Shown: positions 20,620 to 31,246 of the stretch, in pieces
How positions within the stretch are numbered: the first letter of the stretch is position 1
How the letters are laid out: each line of letters starts with the position of its first letter
Made by a program: the position numbers and the translations under genes
Assembly: GCF_000175255.2 (NCBI RefSeq)
Contig: NC_017262.1
Coordinates: 1,740,001-1,772,000, forward strand
Reading direction: 5' to 3'
Length of the DNA stretch: 32,000 nt
Source of the DNA: Zymomonas mobilis subsp. mobilis ATCC 10988
GTDB lineage: Bacteria; Pseudomonadota; Alphaproteobacteria; Sphingomonadales; Sphingomonadaceae
Notes under the pieces: generated by a model
The model's input: only the letters and a program-made list of their open reading frames with translations
The model's database searches: none
Told to the model about the DNA's origin: nothing

Positions 20620-21582
20620 TCAGAAGCCCAAAGACTCGAAAGAAGCCTCTCGATAAAAACGCAGTCTCTTGAAAAAGTCACGCGGGTCTTTTGGCACAAC
20701 CAAAGCATCAGGCGGCGTATTGACCCAATCCCATGCCCGCGTCAGCAAGAAGCGCAAAGCTGCTCCCCGCAGCAAGACAATAAAGGCGGCTCGCTCTTCT
20801 TCCGTCAGGGCAAAGCTCTGATGATAGCCTTTAATCAAAGCTTTCGCATGATCGGCAAGGAAATGGTTCTCTTGATCGAAACACCATGCACTATAGGTAA
20901 TGGCTAAATCCCATGCACGGACTTCGGTGCAGGCAAAATAGAAATCGATAACGCCTTTTAAGCTGTCGCCTTCAAATAACACATTATCGGGAAATAAATC
21001 GGCATGAATAACTGAACGGGGCAGATCTTTCGGCCAGAATTCATCGAGATAATCCAGCTCTTTTTTAACCTCGTCCCCCATATGGGCTTCGATCTGGTTC
21101 ATGGCTTCAAAACCACATTTTTCAGCCAGAATATGCCAATTTTCAAGATCGAGGCTGTTTTTCCGATTTTCCGAAAAATGGGTCAGACTTTTATGCATTT
21201 TACCCAGCATTTCACCGGTAGCACGGGTCTGTTCCGCATTAGGGGTGGGCGTCCAACGCCCTTGCAAAAATTCGATCAGGCAGGCAGGCCGTCCAGCCAA
21301 TGTCTGTATCTGTTTTCCGTCATGGCTTTTCCATGCTTTGGGAACTGGCAGATTTTCAGCCGCCAAATGATCGGTCAAAGCCATAAAGAAAGGCAGCTCT
21401 TCGGGATTTACCCGTTTTTCATATAATGTCAGAATATACGAGCGGACATCGGTCGTAATCAGGTAATTGCTGTTTTCGACGCCTTCAGTAATCCCTTTTA
21501 TCGACAGCAACCGGCCTGAATCCGGATAAAGATCTAAGAATGAAGAGACTTCCTCATCGCTGACCGAAGTATATACAGCCAT
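20620..21582 (-). CDS. thrB: Homoserine kinase, type II (ThrB, APH fold)
   Basis: [58 protein letters not shown]...[46 protein letters not shown]. Confidence 0.96.
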   Translation of the reverse strand: MAVYTSVSDEEVSSFLDLYPDSGRLLSIKGITEGVENSNYLITTDVRSYILTLYEKRVNPEELPFFMALTDHLAAENLPVPKAWKSHDGKQIQTLAGRPACLIEFLQGRWTPTPNAEQTRATGEMLGKMHKSLTHFSENRKNSLDLENWHILAEKCGFEAMNQIEAHMGDEVKKELDYLDEFWPKDLPRSVIHADLFPDNVLFEGDSLKGVIDFYFACTEVRAWDLAITYSAWCFDQENHFLADHAKALIKGYHQSFALTEEERAAFIVLLRGAALRFLLTRAWDWVNTPPDALVVPKDPRDFFKRLRFYREASFESLGF

Positions 21583-21783
21583 GTACCACTATTCCTGCTT
21601 TATCGAATGGCTCAACATAATTCCTCTCCTGTCCTCTTTGGCATAAGACAGGATTGAAAATTACACTGGCATTTTTGAACACCATTCTTTTATTTTTATT
21701 CGACCTTTTGTTACGCCTTACCTGTTTTTTATCAAGTCGGGCGATAGGCTATTTCTTTATAAGCAAGGCAATAATGGGGCAGA

Positions 21784-21804
21784 ATCGGCAAAAATTTTGC
21801 CGAT
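21784..21804. other. 21-bp perfect palindrome downstream of hpnN, possible terminator stem
   Basis: ATCGGCAAAAATTTTGCCGAT, 12 bp beyond the hpnN stop; no clear T-tract after the stem. Confidence 0.45.
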
Positions 21805-21815
21805 AGCGTATTTAT

Positions 21816-24425
21816 TTACACTTTCCCGTCTTCTTTTGCCTTATTTTCCTTGTTGCCAAGAAGCGCCGGTTCAAAAATCAAAGCGCAAATCAGCGTCCAG
21901 ACCAAAGAAATCATCAAGATTTTGCCCATGCTGGCCGTTCCCGGATGAGAAGACAGCCACAGACTACCAAAGGCCGTGCCTGTTGCCATAGCCGAGAAAA
22001 AGACAGCATGCGCCAAACTAGATTGCAGCAGGTTGCGTTCGCCATTCCGCCAAGCCATAACAAAATAAATATGAAAGGCCACACCCACCCCGAATAACAG
22101 CGGGAAGGCGATAATATTGGCGAAGTTGATCGGCTGGTCAATGATAACGCAGCTTGCCAAAGTCAGGAAAATCGAAAGGATAATCGGTGCCAAGGTAAAG
22201 GCGACCTCCCGAACATTCCGAAGAACGATAAACAGCAAAAGACAGACGGTAATAAAGGCAAGAATACCCGCTTCGATAAAGGCCTTGGCAATCGTATAGG
22301 CGGCGGCTTGGGTCGAAATCGGCATACCCGAAGCTGTCGGAACGATCTTCTGAACCGCTTTCGCAAAGCGGATAAGATTTTCATTGTTATTGCTGTCGCC
22401 TGACGGGAAAACTTCGATGCGGATACGGCCATCTTTCGTTGTCCAGCCCTCTTTCAAAGTCTGGGGTAAGGCTTCTGGTGTTACCGCTTCGGCTTGTAGC
22501 ATCGCCCTCATTTGATCAAGCATGACCGCCAAGGGCATACAGAACATTTCATTGGTAGCCTGTCGCGTTGCCGCAGAACTTCTGGCAAGGCTATCGAGCG
22601 AATCTGCCAAGCTACGAGCATCGCTGGCCGAGGCTTGGGTGCTGGTGCCTGCCGCTTCTCTCAAAGAGGTCGCCGTTTGCCGCAAGGAAAGCTGTACTTC
22701 CTCATCGCTTGGGGCAGCCTGCGTCTCAATCGGGTTAACCGTCGGATCAAGGATCATATTGGCATCGGAAATAACCGCCAATTTGGGTTCTTGATTGGTC
22801 GGCACAAAACTGTCGATCGTGACGACCTGATCGACTTCCGGCAATTTGGACAGGCGTTTCACCCAGTCTTCGGCTGTTTTGCTATTCGGGGCGACAATAT
22901 CAATCGTGTTCGGTGTCTGATTAGGGTCTTTCATCAAGGACAAAAGAGTCGACATCGCTTCCCCTTTGGGATTCCTCAAATGCAACGGGTTAAAGTCGAA
23001 TTGTACCCAAGGCAGAAGAATGATGCTAATCAGGGTCAGCCCCAAAAAGCTTCCGATAACCCAACGTCTTTCTTTAACCAGAAAATGATCGACTGGCGCC
23101 ATATTGCGCCAACCCACATGATGCCGCGGTGGGCGAGGGCGAAACAGCATTAAAAAAGCGGGCAGCATCGTTACCGAGAAGAACAAGGCAATCAAAATGC
23201 CAACACCGGCAATCATCCCTAATTCGGAAATCCCGATATAGGCTGTCGGCAAAAAGGACAGAAAACCAAGGCAAACGGCACCGGCTGCCAATAACAAGGA
23301 ATGACCCAACGCATTGGCGGCATTCAAAAGCGCCGTGGGCTGATTGGGTTCTGTTTCCAATTCGGCTAAAAAACGTACCGAAAGCTGAATCCCAAAATCT
23401 ACCCCTAAACCGACAAAAAGCGGAATAAAGGCGACAGAAATGAGGTTGAATCGCCCGACTGTTATCAGACCAACCGCAGCCGTCACAATCAATCCGGCAA
23501 TGGTCGTCAACATAATTGCCGCAACAATACTGGGGGAGCGCACCGCCAACCACAGGGTGATAAGCATCGCGCCAATCATTGCGCCTGCAACCAACCAGAT
23601 TTTATCCGCTAAAGAAGCAAATTCTTCATCCGCCAAAGGCACGGATCCGGTTAAACGGATATCGACGCCATGATCGGCATCCAATTTCAGATCACTAGCA
23701 GCCTTATGAATAGCATTGCTGGCCTCAATCCCCGGCATCAAAGCACTTAGATCAAGAACAGGCTGTGCCAAAATTAACCGTTTTAGAGGCGGTTTCAGTG
23801 CTGGATTTTTGCTTGAGAAAAGCAGTTGCCAAGAAAACCATGTCTGTTTTCCAGAAAGCTGGTCACGGATAGCCTTATCAATCGAACGGATTGGGGTCTG
23901 GATTTGATCCAGATTAGCCATATGGCGGTTGACCCCCATCAACATGGTATTCAGGGCGTTATTGATTCCTCTTAAAGAAGGATCGGAAGCCAGAGGGCCT
24001 AAAAAAGGCTGTGCTGAAATCAGCTGTTGCATCGTATCTTGAACATCCGGCAACTGGCCGAACAAGATACCTTCACGGGCAAAAAATTCGCCGCCATCAG
24101 GTCGCGTCACCGTCAGAAAATGCTTTTTATCCTGTCCCAATTTCTCGCTTAATCGGGCGGCAGCAGATTCTGCCAATTCCGGTGTTTGTCCTTCCACAAC
24201 GATCAGGGTTGTCCCCCCTGTAGATGGAAAAGCATCGGCAAATCTATCTTCATTGACGCGATAGGTTACCTTGGGAGAAATAAGGGTCGCCGTATCCGTA
24301 TTGATCGCAAAATGGCTCGCCGCGAAATAGGCAGAGACCAGCGTTAAGAAAAGGGTGAAGGCGAGAACAGGCAGAGGAAAGCGACAGCTTATACCTGCGA
24401 GACGCGTTACAAGAAAACGATGCAT
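21816..24425 (-). CDS. hpnN: Hopanoid transporter HpnN, MMPL/RND family
   Basis: 869 aa. MHRFLVTRLAGISCRFPLPVLAFTLFLTLVSAYFAASHFAINTDTATLISPKVTYRVNEDRFADAFP; two RND-type TM blocks (FIPLFVGLGVDFGIQLSVRF; FPLLFGVGVAFHIYFVMAWRNGERNLLQSS). Confidence 0.92.
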   Translation of the reverse strand: MHRFLVTRLAGISCRFPLPVLAFTLFLTLVSAYFAASHFAINTDTATLISPKVTYRVNEDRFADAFPSTGGTTLIVVEGQTPELAESAAARLSEKLGQDKKHFLTVTRPDGGEFFAREGILFGQLPDVQDTMQQLISAQPFLGPLASDPSLRGINNALNTMLMGVNRHMANLDQIQTPIRSIDKAIRDQLSGKQTWFSWQLLFSSKNPALKPPLKRLILAQPVLDLSALMPGIEASNAIHKAASDLKLDADHGVDIRLTGSVPLADEEFASLADKIWLVAGAMIGAMLITLWLAVRSPSIVAAIMLTTIAGLIVTAAVGLITVGRFNLISVAFIPLFVGLGVDFGIQLSVRFLAELETEPNQPTALLNAANALGHSLLLAAGAVCLGFLSFLPTAYIGISELGMIAGVGILIALFFSVTMLPAFLMLFRPRPPRHHVGWRNMAPVDHFLVKERRWVIGSFLGLTLISIILLPWVQFDFNPLHLRNPKGEAMSTLLSLMKDPNQTPNTIDIVAPNSKTAEDWVKRLSKLPEVDQVVTIDSFVPTNQEPKLAVISDANMILDPTVNPIETQAAPSDEEVQLSLRQTATSLREAAGTSTQASASDARSLADSLDSLARSSAATRQATNEMFCMPLAVMLDQMRAMLQAEAVTPEALPQTLKEGWTTKDGRIRIEVFPSGDSNNNENLIRFAKAVQKIVPTASGMPISTQAAAYTIAKAFIEAGILAFITVCLLLFIVLRNVREVAFTLAPIILSIFLTLASCVIIDQPINFANIIAFPLLFGVGVAFHIYFVMAWRNGERNLLQSSLAHAVFFSAMATGTAFGSLWLSSHPGTASMGKILMISLVWTLICALIFEPALLGNKENKAKEDGKV

Positions 24426-24517
24426 GATGTGTCCGATATCACGAGATCAATCCGTATGGCTAGCCCAAGCGCCTTAGCTGTTACAACCGGACGATTCAGA
24501 ATAAAAGATAACTTGGA

Positions 24518-26500
24518 TCATAAAGTCATATCTTCTGTTACTTTTGTAGTCAGTTCAACGACTTCGACAGGCTTTGAGTTCCGTTGTAATGCAGCCGTTA
24601 CGGCAGCAACGATGCCATCAGCATCAAGACCAGCTTCGGCATATTGCCGTTCTTGCTTGTCCTGCGGCTGGAACCGATCCGGCAGACGCAGGGTGCGGAT
24701 TTTCAATCCGTCATCCATCAGGCCTTCATCCGAAGCCATCGTCAGGACTTGGGTTGCAAAACCACCCAAAGCGCCTTCTTCAATGGTAATAATGACCTGA
24801 TGGCTTTTCAGAAGTTGGCGGGTCAGCGCTTCATCCAAGGGCTTAGCAAAGCGCATATCAGCAACCGATGTCGACAAACCTTGAGCATCAAGCCGATCGG
24901 CAGCCTTCAAGGATTCTTCCAATCGAGTGCCGAGAGATAGGATAGCAACCTTTTTACCGCGACGGATCAGGCGACCTTTCCCGATAGGCAGAATTTCCTT
25001 TTCGCCTTCCAAGGAGACACCCACACCATTACCACGCGGATAACGCACCGAGATCGGGCCTTGGTCATAATGCGCCATGCTATGCACCATATTGGCCAAT
25101 TCCCGTTCATCGGAAGGCGCCATCACGACCATATTCGGGAGATTAACCATAAAGGCGAGGTCGAAGCTACCCGCATGGGTTGCCCCATCGGCACCGACAA
25201 GACCCGCACGATCGACGGCGAAGCGCACCGGCAAATTCTGGATAGCGACATCATGCACCAACTGGTCATAGCCGCGCTGCAAGAAGGTCGAATAGAGACA
25301 ACAGAAAGGCTTGTAACCGGCAGCCGCTAAACCAGCTGCAAAGGTTACGGCATGTTGTTCGGCAATACCGACATCAAACATTCTTTCAGGAAAATATTGC
25401 TGGAAGCGATCAAGACCGGTGCCAGTCGGCATAGCTGCCGTAATGGTCACAATCTTATCGTCTTGCTTAGCTTCCTTGATCAGCTGTTCCGAGAAAACAG
25501 AGGTATAGCTGGGAGGCCCCGGGGGGGCTTTCGCCTGCTTGCCGGAAACCACATCCAAGCGCTGCACGGCGTGATATTTATCCTTGGCCGCTTCAGCCGG
25601 AGCATAGCCTTGGCCTTTGCGGGTGACGACATGCACCAAAATGGGGCCGTCCTTGGCATCGCGGACATTTTCCAAAACCGGAATGAGCTGATCTAAATTA
25701 TGACCATCCACGGGGCCAACATAGTAAAAGCCCAGCTCTTCAAAGAAGGTGCCACCGGTTGCCATACCACGCGCATATTCATCAGCCTTGCGGGCAGCCG
25801 TTGCCAAGCCTTTTGGCATCCGGTTGACAACACCGCGCATGATATCGCGCAAATTCATGAAAGGCCGTGAGGAAATCAGGCGGCTCAAATAAGAAGATAA
25901 GGCGCCTACCGGCGGTGAAATCGACATTTCATTGTCATTCAAAATGACAATCAGGCGCTTACCCGCCGCCTTGGCGTTATTCATAGCTTCATAAGCCATG
26001 CCTGCCGTCATCGAGCCATCACCGATAATCGCAACCGCTTTGTCATCGCTGTCGGATAATTTGCTGGCCATCGCAAAGCCGAGCGCCGCAGAAATAGAAG
26101 TCGAACTATGCGCGGCTCCAAAAGCGTCATATTCGCTCTCCGCGCGCTGCGTAAAGCCCGATAAGCCGTCACGTTGCCGCAATGTCCGAATACGATCACG
26201 GCGACCTGTTAAAATCTTGTGAGGATAGGTTTGATGCCCAACATCCCAGACCAAAGCATCTTTGGGCGTGTTGAAAACATAATGAAGGGCTACCGTTAAT
26301 TCGATAACCCCTAGACCGGAACCGAGATGTCCGCCGGTCACACCCACTGCCGAGATGGTCTCTTTCCGTAATTCATCCGCCAATTGCCGGAGGCTGTTGC
26401 GATCTAATTGACGCAATTCTGCCGGTGTCTTGATCTTGTCTAACAACGGCGTCTTTTTATTCGGAAACATAGGCCTGAAATCAAACTCTGCATTAGGCAT
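24518..26500 (-). CDS. dxs: 1-deoxy-D-xylulose-5-phosphate synthase
   Basis: 660 aa. [51 protein letters not shown]; [20 protein letters not shown]; [24 protein letters not shown]. Confidence 0.98.
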   Translation of the reverse strand: MPNAEFDFRPMFPNKKTPLLDKIKTPAELRQLDRNSLRQLADELRKETISAVGVTGGHLGSGLGVIELTVALHYVFNTPKDALVWDVGHQTYPHKILTGRRDRIRTLRQRDGLSGFTQRAESEYDAFGAAHSSTSISAALGFAMASKLSDSDDKAVAIIGDGSMTAGMAYEAMNNAKAAGKRLIVILNDNEMSISPPVGALSSYLSRLISSRPFMNLRDIMRGVVNRMPKGLATAARKADEYARGMATGGTFFEELGFYYVGPVDGHNLDQLIPVLENVRDAKDGPILVHVVTRKGQGYAPAEAAKDKYHAVQRLDVVSGKQAKAPPGPPSYTSVFSEQLIKEAKQDDKIVTITAAMPTGTGLDRFQQYFPERMFDVGIAEQHAVTFAAGLAAAGYKPFCCLYSTFLQRGYDQLVHDVAIQNLPVRFAVDRAGLVGADGATHAGSFDLAFMVNLPNMVVMAPSDERELANMVHSMAHYDQGPISVRYPRGNGVGVSLEGEKEILPIGKGRLIRRGKKVAILSLGTRLEESLKAADRLDAQGLSTSVADMRFAKPLDEALTRQLLKSHQVIITIEEGALGGFATQVLTMASDEGLMDDGLKIRTLRLPDRFQPQDKQERQYAEAGLDADGIVAAVTAALQRNSKPVEVVELTTKVTEDMTL

Positions 26501-26815
26501 TTACCCGATAAAACGAAAAGCGGTTTTAACAAGGTAAAGACTTTATCTGAAAAATATTTCGTCGCCTTCATAAGGCAAACGCGGCTTTTCTGTACACTTT
26601 CACCGCCTGGATGTAAAAATAATAAAGCAAGCGAGCAAAAGGCCAGCTATCAAAGAATTTCCCGCTATTAAACCCGAAAAGATTTCTGCCATGGCTGAAA
26701 TCGGGGCGAAAATCCTGATAATAGGCTTTAAATGGCAAATTATTTATGACGGTAGGCTTAATAGCCTGTAAAAATTTGTAACAATATTTTTTGTTTTTGC
26801 AATAAACAAAAACAA

Positions 26816-26844
26816 ATGCCTCCGATTAGAAATCGGAGGCATTG
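26816..26844 (-). terminator. Rho-independent terminator of adhB
   Basis: AATGCCTCCGATT (26816-26828) - AGA - AATCGGAGGCATT (26832-26844), 13 bp perfect, followed on the minus strand by TGTTTTTGTTT. Confidence 0.9.
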
Positions 26845-26862
26845 TTTGCTTGAAAATCAAGA

Positions 26863-26887
26863 CAGGACGGAAAACCGTTTTCCTGTT
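26863..26887 (-). other. Second hairpin between the adhB stop and its terminator
   Basis: ACAGGA (26863-26868) / TCCTGT (26882-26887) with inner CGG/CCG pairs. Confidence 0.5.
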
Positions 26888-26893
26888 TTGAAA

Positions 26894-28045
26894 TTAGAAA
26901 GCGCTCAGGAAGAGTTCTTCAACTTCTTTCTGATCACCCTGACGCGGGTTGGTCAGAGCACAAGCATCTTTCAGAGCGTGGTCAGCAAGAAGCGGCACAT
27001 CTTCTTTCTTAGCACCCAGCTCGGTCAGATTTGCTGGAATACCAATGGAAGCAGCCAGATCGCGAACAGCCTGAATGGTGGCTTCTGCGCCTTCTTTATC
27101 GCCGAGATTGGCGATATCGAGACCCATAGCAACACCAACGTCTTTCAGACGACCAGCAACGACAGAGGCGTTATAAGCCAGAACATGCGGAAGCAGAACA
27201 GCGTTGCAGACACCATGCGGCAGGTTGTAGTAACCGCCCAACTGGTGAGCCATAGCATGGACATAACCAAGCGAAGCGTTGTTGAAGGCCATACCAGCGA
27301 GGAATTGGGCATAAGCCATAGCTTCACGAGCTGGCATATCCTTACCGTTGTCGCAAGCGGTCTTCAGATTCTTAGCGATCATGGAAGCTGCTTTCAAAGC
27401 GCAAGCATCGGTGATCGGAGTAGCTGCCGTTGAAGAATAAGCTTCAAATGCGTGGGTCAGAGCATCCATACCGGTGGCGGCGGTCAGGCCTTTTGGCATA
27501 CCAACCATCAACAGAGGATCGTTGACGGAAACCATCGGGGTAACGTGACGGTCAACAATGGCCATCTTAACGTGACGGACTTCATCAGTGATGATGCAGA
27601 AACGCGTCATTTCAGAAGCCGTACCAGCCGTCGTGTTGATTGACATCAAAGGCAGGGCAGGTTTCTTAGATTTGTCGATACCTTCGTAGTCTTTGACTTC
27701 ACCACCATTGGTTGCGACCAGAGCGATGGCTTTGGCGCAGTCATGGGGAGAACCACCACCGAGGGAGATGACGAAGTCTGAATTGTTATCCTTCAGGATC
27801 TTAAGGCCTTCCAGAACTGCGGTAACAGTCGGGTTCGGCATAACGCCATCATAAACAGCAGAATTAATACCCTGTGTTTTCAACAGGTCAGCAACCTGCT
27901 TCACAACACCGGATTTGTTCATGAAAGCATCAGAAACGATCAGGGCATTTTTAAAGCCGCTGCCGTTAAGATCCTTGATTGCTTTTTCAAGCGAACCTTC
28001 GCCCATTTCGTTGACGAAAGGAATATAAAAAGTTGAAGAAGCCAT
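26894..28045 (-). CDS. adhB: Iron-containing alcohol dehydrogenase II
   Basis: 383 aa. [46 protein letters not shown]...; [26 protein letters not shown]; [26 protein letters not shown]. Recognised as Z. mobilis AdhB. SD AGGGTGAGG upstream. Confidence 0.99.
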
Positions 28046-28830
28046 AGCTATAACCTCACCCTACATACTAGTTTAAAGCAACAACCCGAAAACAACCATT
28101 TTCGCGAAATCGCTTTCTATTGTTTTTGCGTTTTAATCCCGTTTTCGAGACGTTTTCTCAAAGTTTTTCCTGAAAACGAGTAAAATCACCAATTTTACGC
28201 ATTTTCAGCAATCGGGCAGCGCAAAAGCAATATGTCTATCAGTTTTATCAGATCAAGGGGTTCGCTTTATTCCAGCACATTTATAGTCTGTTTAACGAAG
28301 CGACCTCTATTTTCTGAAAGCCGAGATTTTTCTACTCGCGACAGCGGTGATGAGCAAGGCTGCTTGTTCTTTCTAAATATGTATTTTTTACATCAAGACT
28401 TATGCAAATTATGAAAAAGTTGTCTTTTTATTATGAAGTATTATTTAATAATTGGGATGTGGTTACCGATTTTGCCTTTAAATTAAAATAATAAATTTCA
28501 GGCGAAATATTTTAAAATAAAACATTTATGTTAAATTTTAAGAAAGGAAATTTTGAAGAATCTGTTATTTTGTTCGTTTTTGAGGCTTTTTAGGGAAAGA
28601 TAAGACTAAAAATAACATAGTTGTTAGGCATTCATTCCAATTTATTGTTCAAATATTAAAAGCCAAATTGTAAATAGAAAACAAGAAAATATCGTATATG
28701 GTAAAATATACTGTATAAATTGCACGACATTAAAATAAAGACATTTTCAGATATCTAAATAGATTATGAAAAAGAAATAAAAGAATAATTTATAAGGATG
28801 CAGAGGAATAGTCAGAAAAAGAAGCTATGG

Positions 28831-28878
28831 GGGTCGCGGTAGCTTGAGGAGGAGGGGGGGGAAGTGCTACCGCCACCC
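28831..28878 (-). ncRNA. Candidate structured sRNA/hairpin with anti-SD-like loop
   Basis: Arms GGGTCGCGGTAGC (28831-28843) / GCTACCGCCACCC (28866-28878), 12/13 paired, 22-nt loop. Minus-strand loop ACTTCCCCCCCCTCCTCCTCAA. Outer pairing GCAGAG (28800-28805) / CTCTGC (28880-28885). A TTTTT run follows on the minus strand. Confidence 0.35.
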
Positions 28879-29136
28879 GCTCTGCCAAAATAGGGATATT
28901 CATCCATAATAAAAATAGAAAAAAAAGAAAATTATCGTTTCCATTTTTGATCTAATCAATTGTCTCAAACGCTGCATCAAAAGCAGCTTGTTCTTTCTTC
29001 TGCTCAAAATGGCAGATCAGGCTTTCCTCAAAAAACGCAAAAAGACAAAAAAAATTGCAGCGGTAATGAAAAAATAAAAGAAATTTTGAAAATTTTTGCC
29101 GCTTTTATGTGGAAGCGGATATTTTATCTATTTACA

Positions 29137-29149
29137 GTCTCGACGAGAC
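29137..29149. promoter_or_regulatory. Palindrome GTCTCGACGAGAC upstream of the M61 peptidase gene
   Basis: Perfect 6+1+6 palindrome, about 80 bp before the ATG. Confidence 0.35.
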
Positions 29150-29228
29150 AATCTTTGTTGTTTTTAAACAAAAATCAGTAAGATGATGCTGTTTTGGAAA
29201 CAATGATTCAACGGGGGGATATATTTTT

Positions 29229-31163
29229 ATGAAGCGTTCCTTGCTATTTTTGCTAGCGACCAGTGCCATCGCTTGGCAGGCACAAGCGATACCAGCTGGA
29301 AATTCTGCACCTCAACCTATGGCGATATCTGAAACGATTCCGGCTGCGGTTGATAAACCTTATAGCGGTCTCATCCGTCTTAATGTCGATGCCACAGACA
29401 CGCAGCGCGGCATTGTTCGGGTAACGGAAACGATTCCTGTTCAGGCTGGTGCGCTGACTTTGCTCTATCCTGAATGGTTGCCGGGACATCATAGTCCATC
29501 AGGCCCCATCGAAAAATTGGCAGGTTTGATTGTTACCGCCAATAATCAGGTTATTCCTTGGCAACGCGATTCTGTCGATGTTTATGCCTTTCATCTTGAT
29601 ATTCCGGCAGGCGTGACCGAAATCACCGCCCAATATCAATATCTCTCTCCTACTTCGGAGTCGCAGGGAAGAATCCAGTCCACACCGGAAATGGTCAATT
29701 TGCAGTGGAATACGCTGGCTTTATATCCGGCCGGATATTTTACCCGCCAAATCCAGATACAGCCGACCGTTATTTATCCAACGGGTTGGAAATCGGCTTC
29801 TGCTTTAGAAATTTCTGGTATCACACCTGATGGACAGACACCCAATGTCGTCCAATATAAAACTACCGATTTTGATACGCTAATTGATTCGCCGGTAATG
29901 GCGGGTCGTTATACGCGGACAGAAACGCTCGCCCCCGGGGTTCGTCTCAATCTTATAGCAGACAAACCCGAAGATATGGTGATGACGGACAAACAGCTTA
30001 ACGCGCATCGCCAGCTTATTACTCAAGCCGTAAAACTTTACGGCGCACAACATTATAGCCATTATGATTTCTTGCTGGCTTTGTCCGAAAAGCTCGGTGG
30101 TATTGGCTTAGAACATCACCAATCTTCCGAAGATGGGGAAGGGGCTGATTACTTCTCGAAATGGGATAAATCAGCCGTTGGTCGTGATCTCCTCGCCCAT
30201 GAATATAACCATAGCTGGAATGGTAAATATCGCCGCCCTGCTGATCTTTGGACACCGGACTATAAAACGCCGATGCGGGATAGCCTCCTTTGGGTGTATG
30301 AAGGTCAAACCCAGTTTTGGGGTTATGTATTGGCCGCGCGTTCCGGTCTGTGGCAGCAAAAAGATGCCTTGGAAGCCTTGGCTTTGGTGGCTGCCACTTA
30401 CGACAATCGGGCAGGCCGCCGCTGGCGTCCGGTGGAAGATACCACTAATGATCCGATTATTTCGCAACGCCGCCCCAAAGGCTGGCTAAGCTGGCAACGT
30501 TCCGAAGATTACTACAGTGAAGGTCAGTTGATCTGGCTTGATGTTGATAGCCTGCTCCGGCAACAGACTCATGGCAAACATTCGCTTGACGATTTTGCAA
30601 AAGCCTTTTTCGGAATGCGTGACCGTGATTGGGGTGAGTTAACCTATAATTTTGACGATGTCGTCAAAACCTTAAATGACATCATGCCTTATGACTGGGC
30701 AGCCTTCTTTAACCAGCGTTTGAATCAGCGTTCGACTCATGCGCCTTTGGACTGGATCAGCCGTGGCGGTTACAAACTGGTTTACAGTGATGAGCCAACC
30801 GACTGGATCAAAGGTGTTGAAGGCGCGCGCCATATGGCCGAGTTGTCTTTCTCTTTGGGATTATCGACTTCTGAAAAAGGCAAAGTCTCTTCGGTTATGT
30901 GGGATAGCCCTGCCTTTAACGCTGGATTGACCGTAGGAAGTGAATTGGTCGCGGTTGATGGTCATGCCTTTAGCAATGATCTGCTAAAAACAGCGATCAA
31001 AAATGCCAAGGCCAATAAAACGCCGATCAAATTGCTCATCAAGCAAGGCGATAATTATCGGGATGTCGCGATTCCTTATTATGACGGCTTGCGTTACCCG
31101 CGCCTTGAGAAAATCGATAAAACCCATAGCTATCTCGAGGATTTACTCGCAGCCAAAAATTAA
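29229..31163 (+). CDS. M61 family metallopeptidase (glycyl aminopeptidase-like) with C-terminal PDZ domain, exported
   Basis: Signal peptide MKRSLLFLLATSAIAWQAQA; HExxH motif in GRDLLAHEYNHSWNGKYRRPADLWTPDY; PDZ-like SSVMWDSPAFNAGLTVGSELVAVDGHAF. Confidence 0.94.
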   Translation: MKRSLLFLLATSAIAWQAQAIPAGNSAPQPMAISETIPAAVDKPYSGLIRLNVDATDTQRGIVRVTETIPVQAGALTLLYPEWLPGHHSPSGPIEKLAGLIVTANNQVIPWQRDSVDVYAFHLDIPAGVTEITAQYQYLSPTSESQGRIQSTPEMVNLQWNTLALYPAGYFTRQIQIQPTVIYPTGWKSASALEISGITPDGQTPNVVQYKTTDFDTLIDSPVMAGRYTRTETLAPGVRLNLIADKPEDMVMTDKQLNAHRQLITQAVKLYGAQHYSHYDFLLALSEKLGGIGLEHHQSSEDGEGADYFSKWDKSAVGRDLLAHEYNHSWNGKYRRPADLWTPDYKTPMRDSLLWVYEGQTQFWGYVLAARSGLWQQKDALEALALVAATYDNRAGRRWRPVEDTTNDPIISQRRPKGWLSWQRSEDYYSEGQLIWLDVDSLLRQQTHGKHSLDDFAKAFFGMRDRDWGELTYNFDDVVKTLNDIMPYDWAAFFNQRLNQRSTHAPLDWISRGGYKLVYSDEPTDWIKGVEGARHMAELSFSLGLSTSEKGKVSSVMWDSPAFNAGLTVGSELVAVDGHAFSNDLLKTAIKNAKANKTPIKLLIKQGDNYRDVAIPYYDGLRYPRLEKIDKTHSYLEDLLAAKN

Positions 31164-31180
31164 TTTTGATCCATGATGAA

Positions 31181-31228
31181 AAGCAGTCAGGTATAAAGCC
31201 GATTTCGGTGCTTGCCTGACTGCTTTTT
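31181..31228 (+). terminator. Terminator of the M61 peptidase gene
   Basis: AAGCAGTCAGG (31181-31191) / CCTGACTGCTT (31215-31225), 11 bp perfect, continuing into TTT. Confidence 0.75.
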
Positions 31229-31246
31229 CAGTCTTATTGAAAAAGA

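Noticed and set aside
22512-23153. 213-aa plus-strand ORF inside hpnN
   Set aside because: Antisense shadow of hpnN with basic, low-information composition; no domain signature.
23074-23553. 159-aa minus-strand ORF in an alternate frame of hpnN
   Set aside because: Out-of-frame overlap with a confidently identified transporter gene, and no independent RBS or family signature.
26816-27433. 205-aa plus-strand ORF across the adhB 3' end
   Set aside because: Starts within the adhB terminator hairpin and runs antisense through adhB; no recognisable domain.
28232-28414. 60-aa ORF upstream of adhB
   Set aside because: Weak context, no SD, no recognisable features, in AT-rich DNA where random frames of this length are possible.
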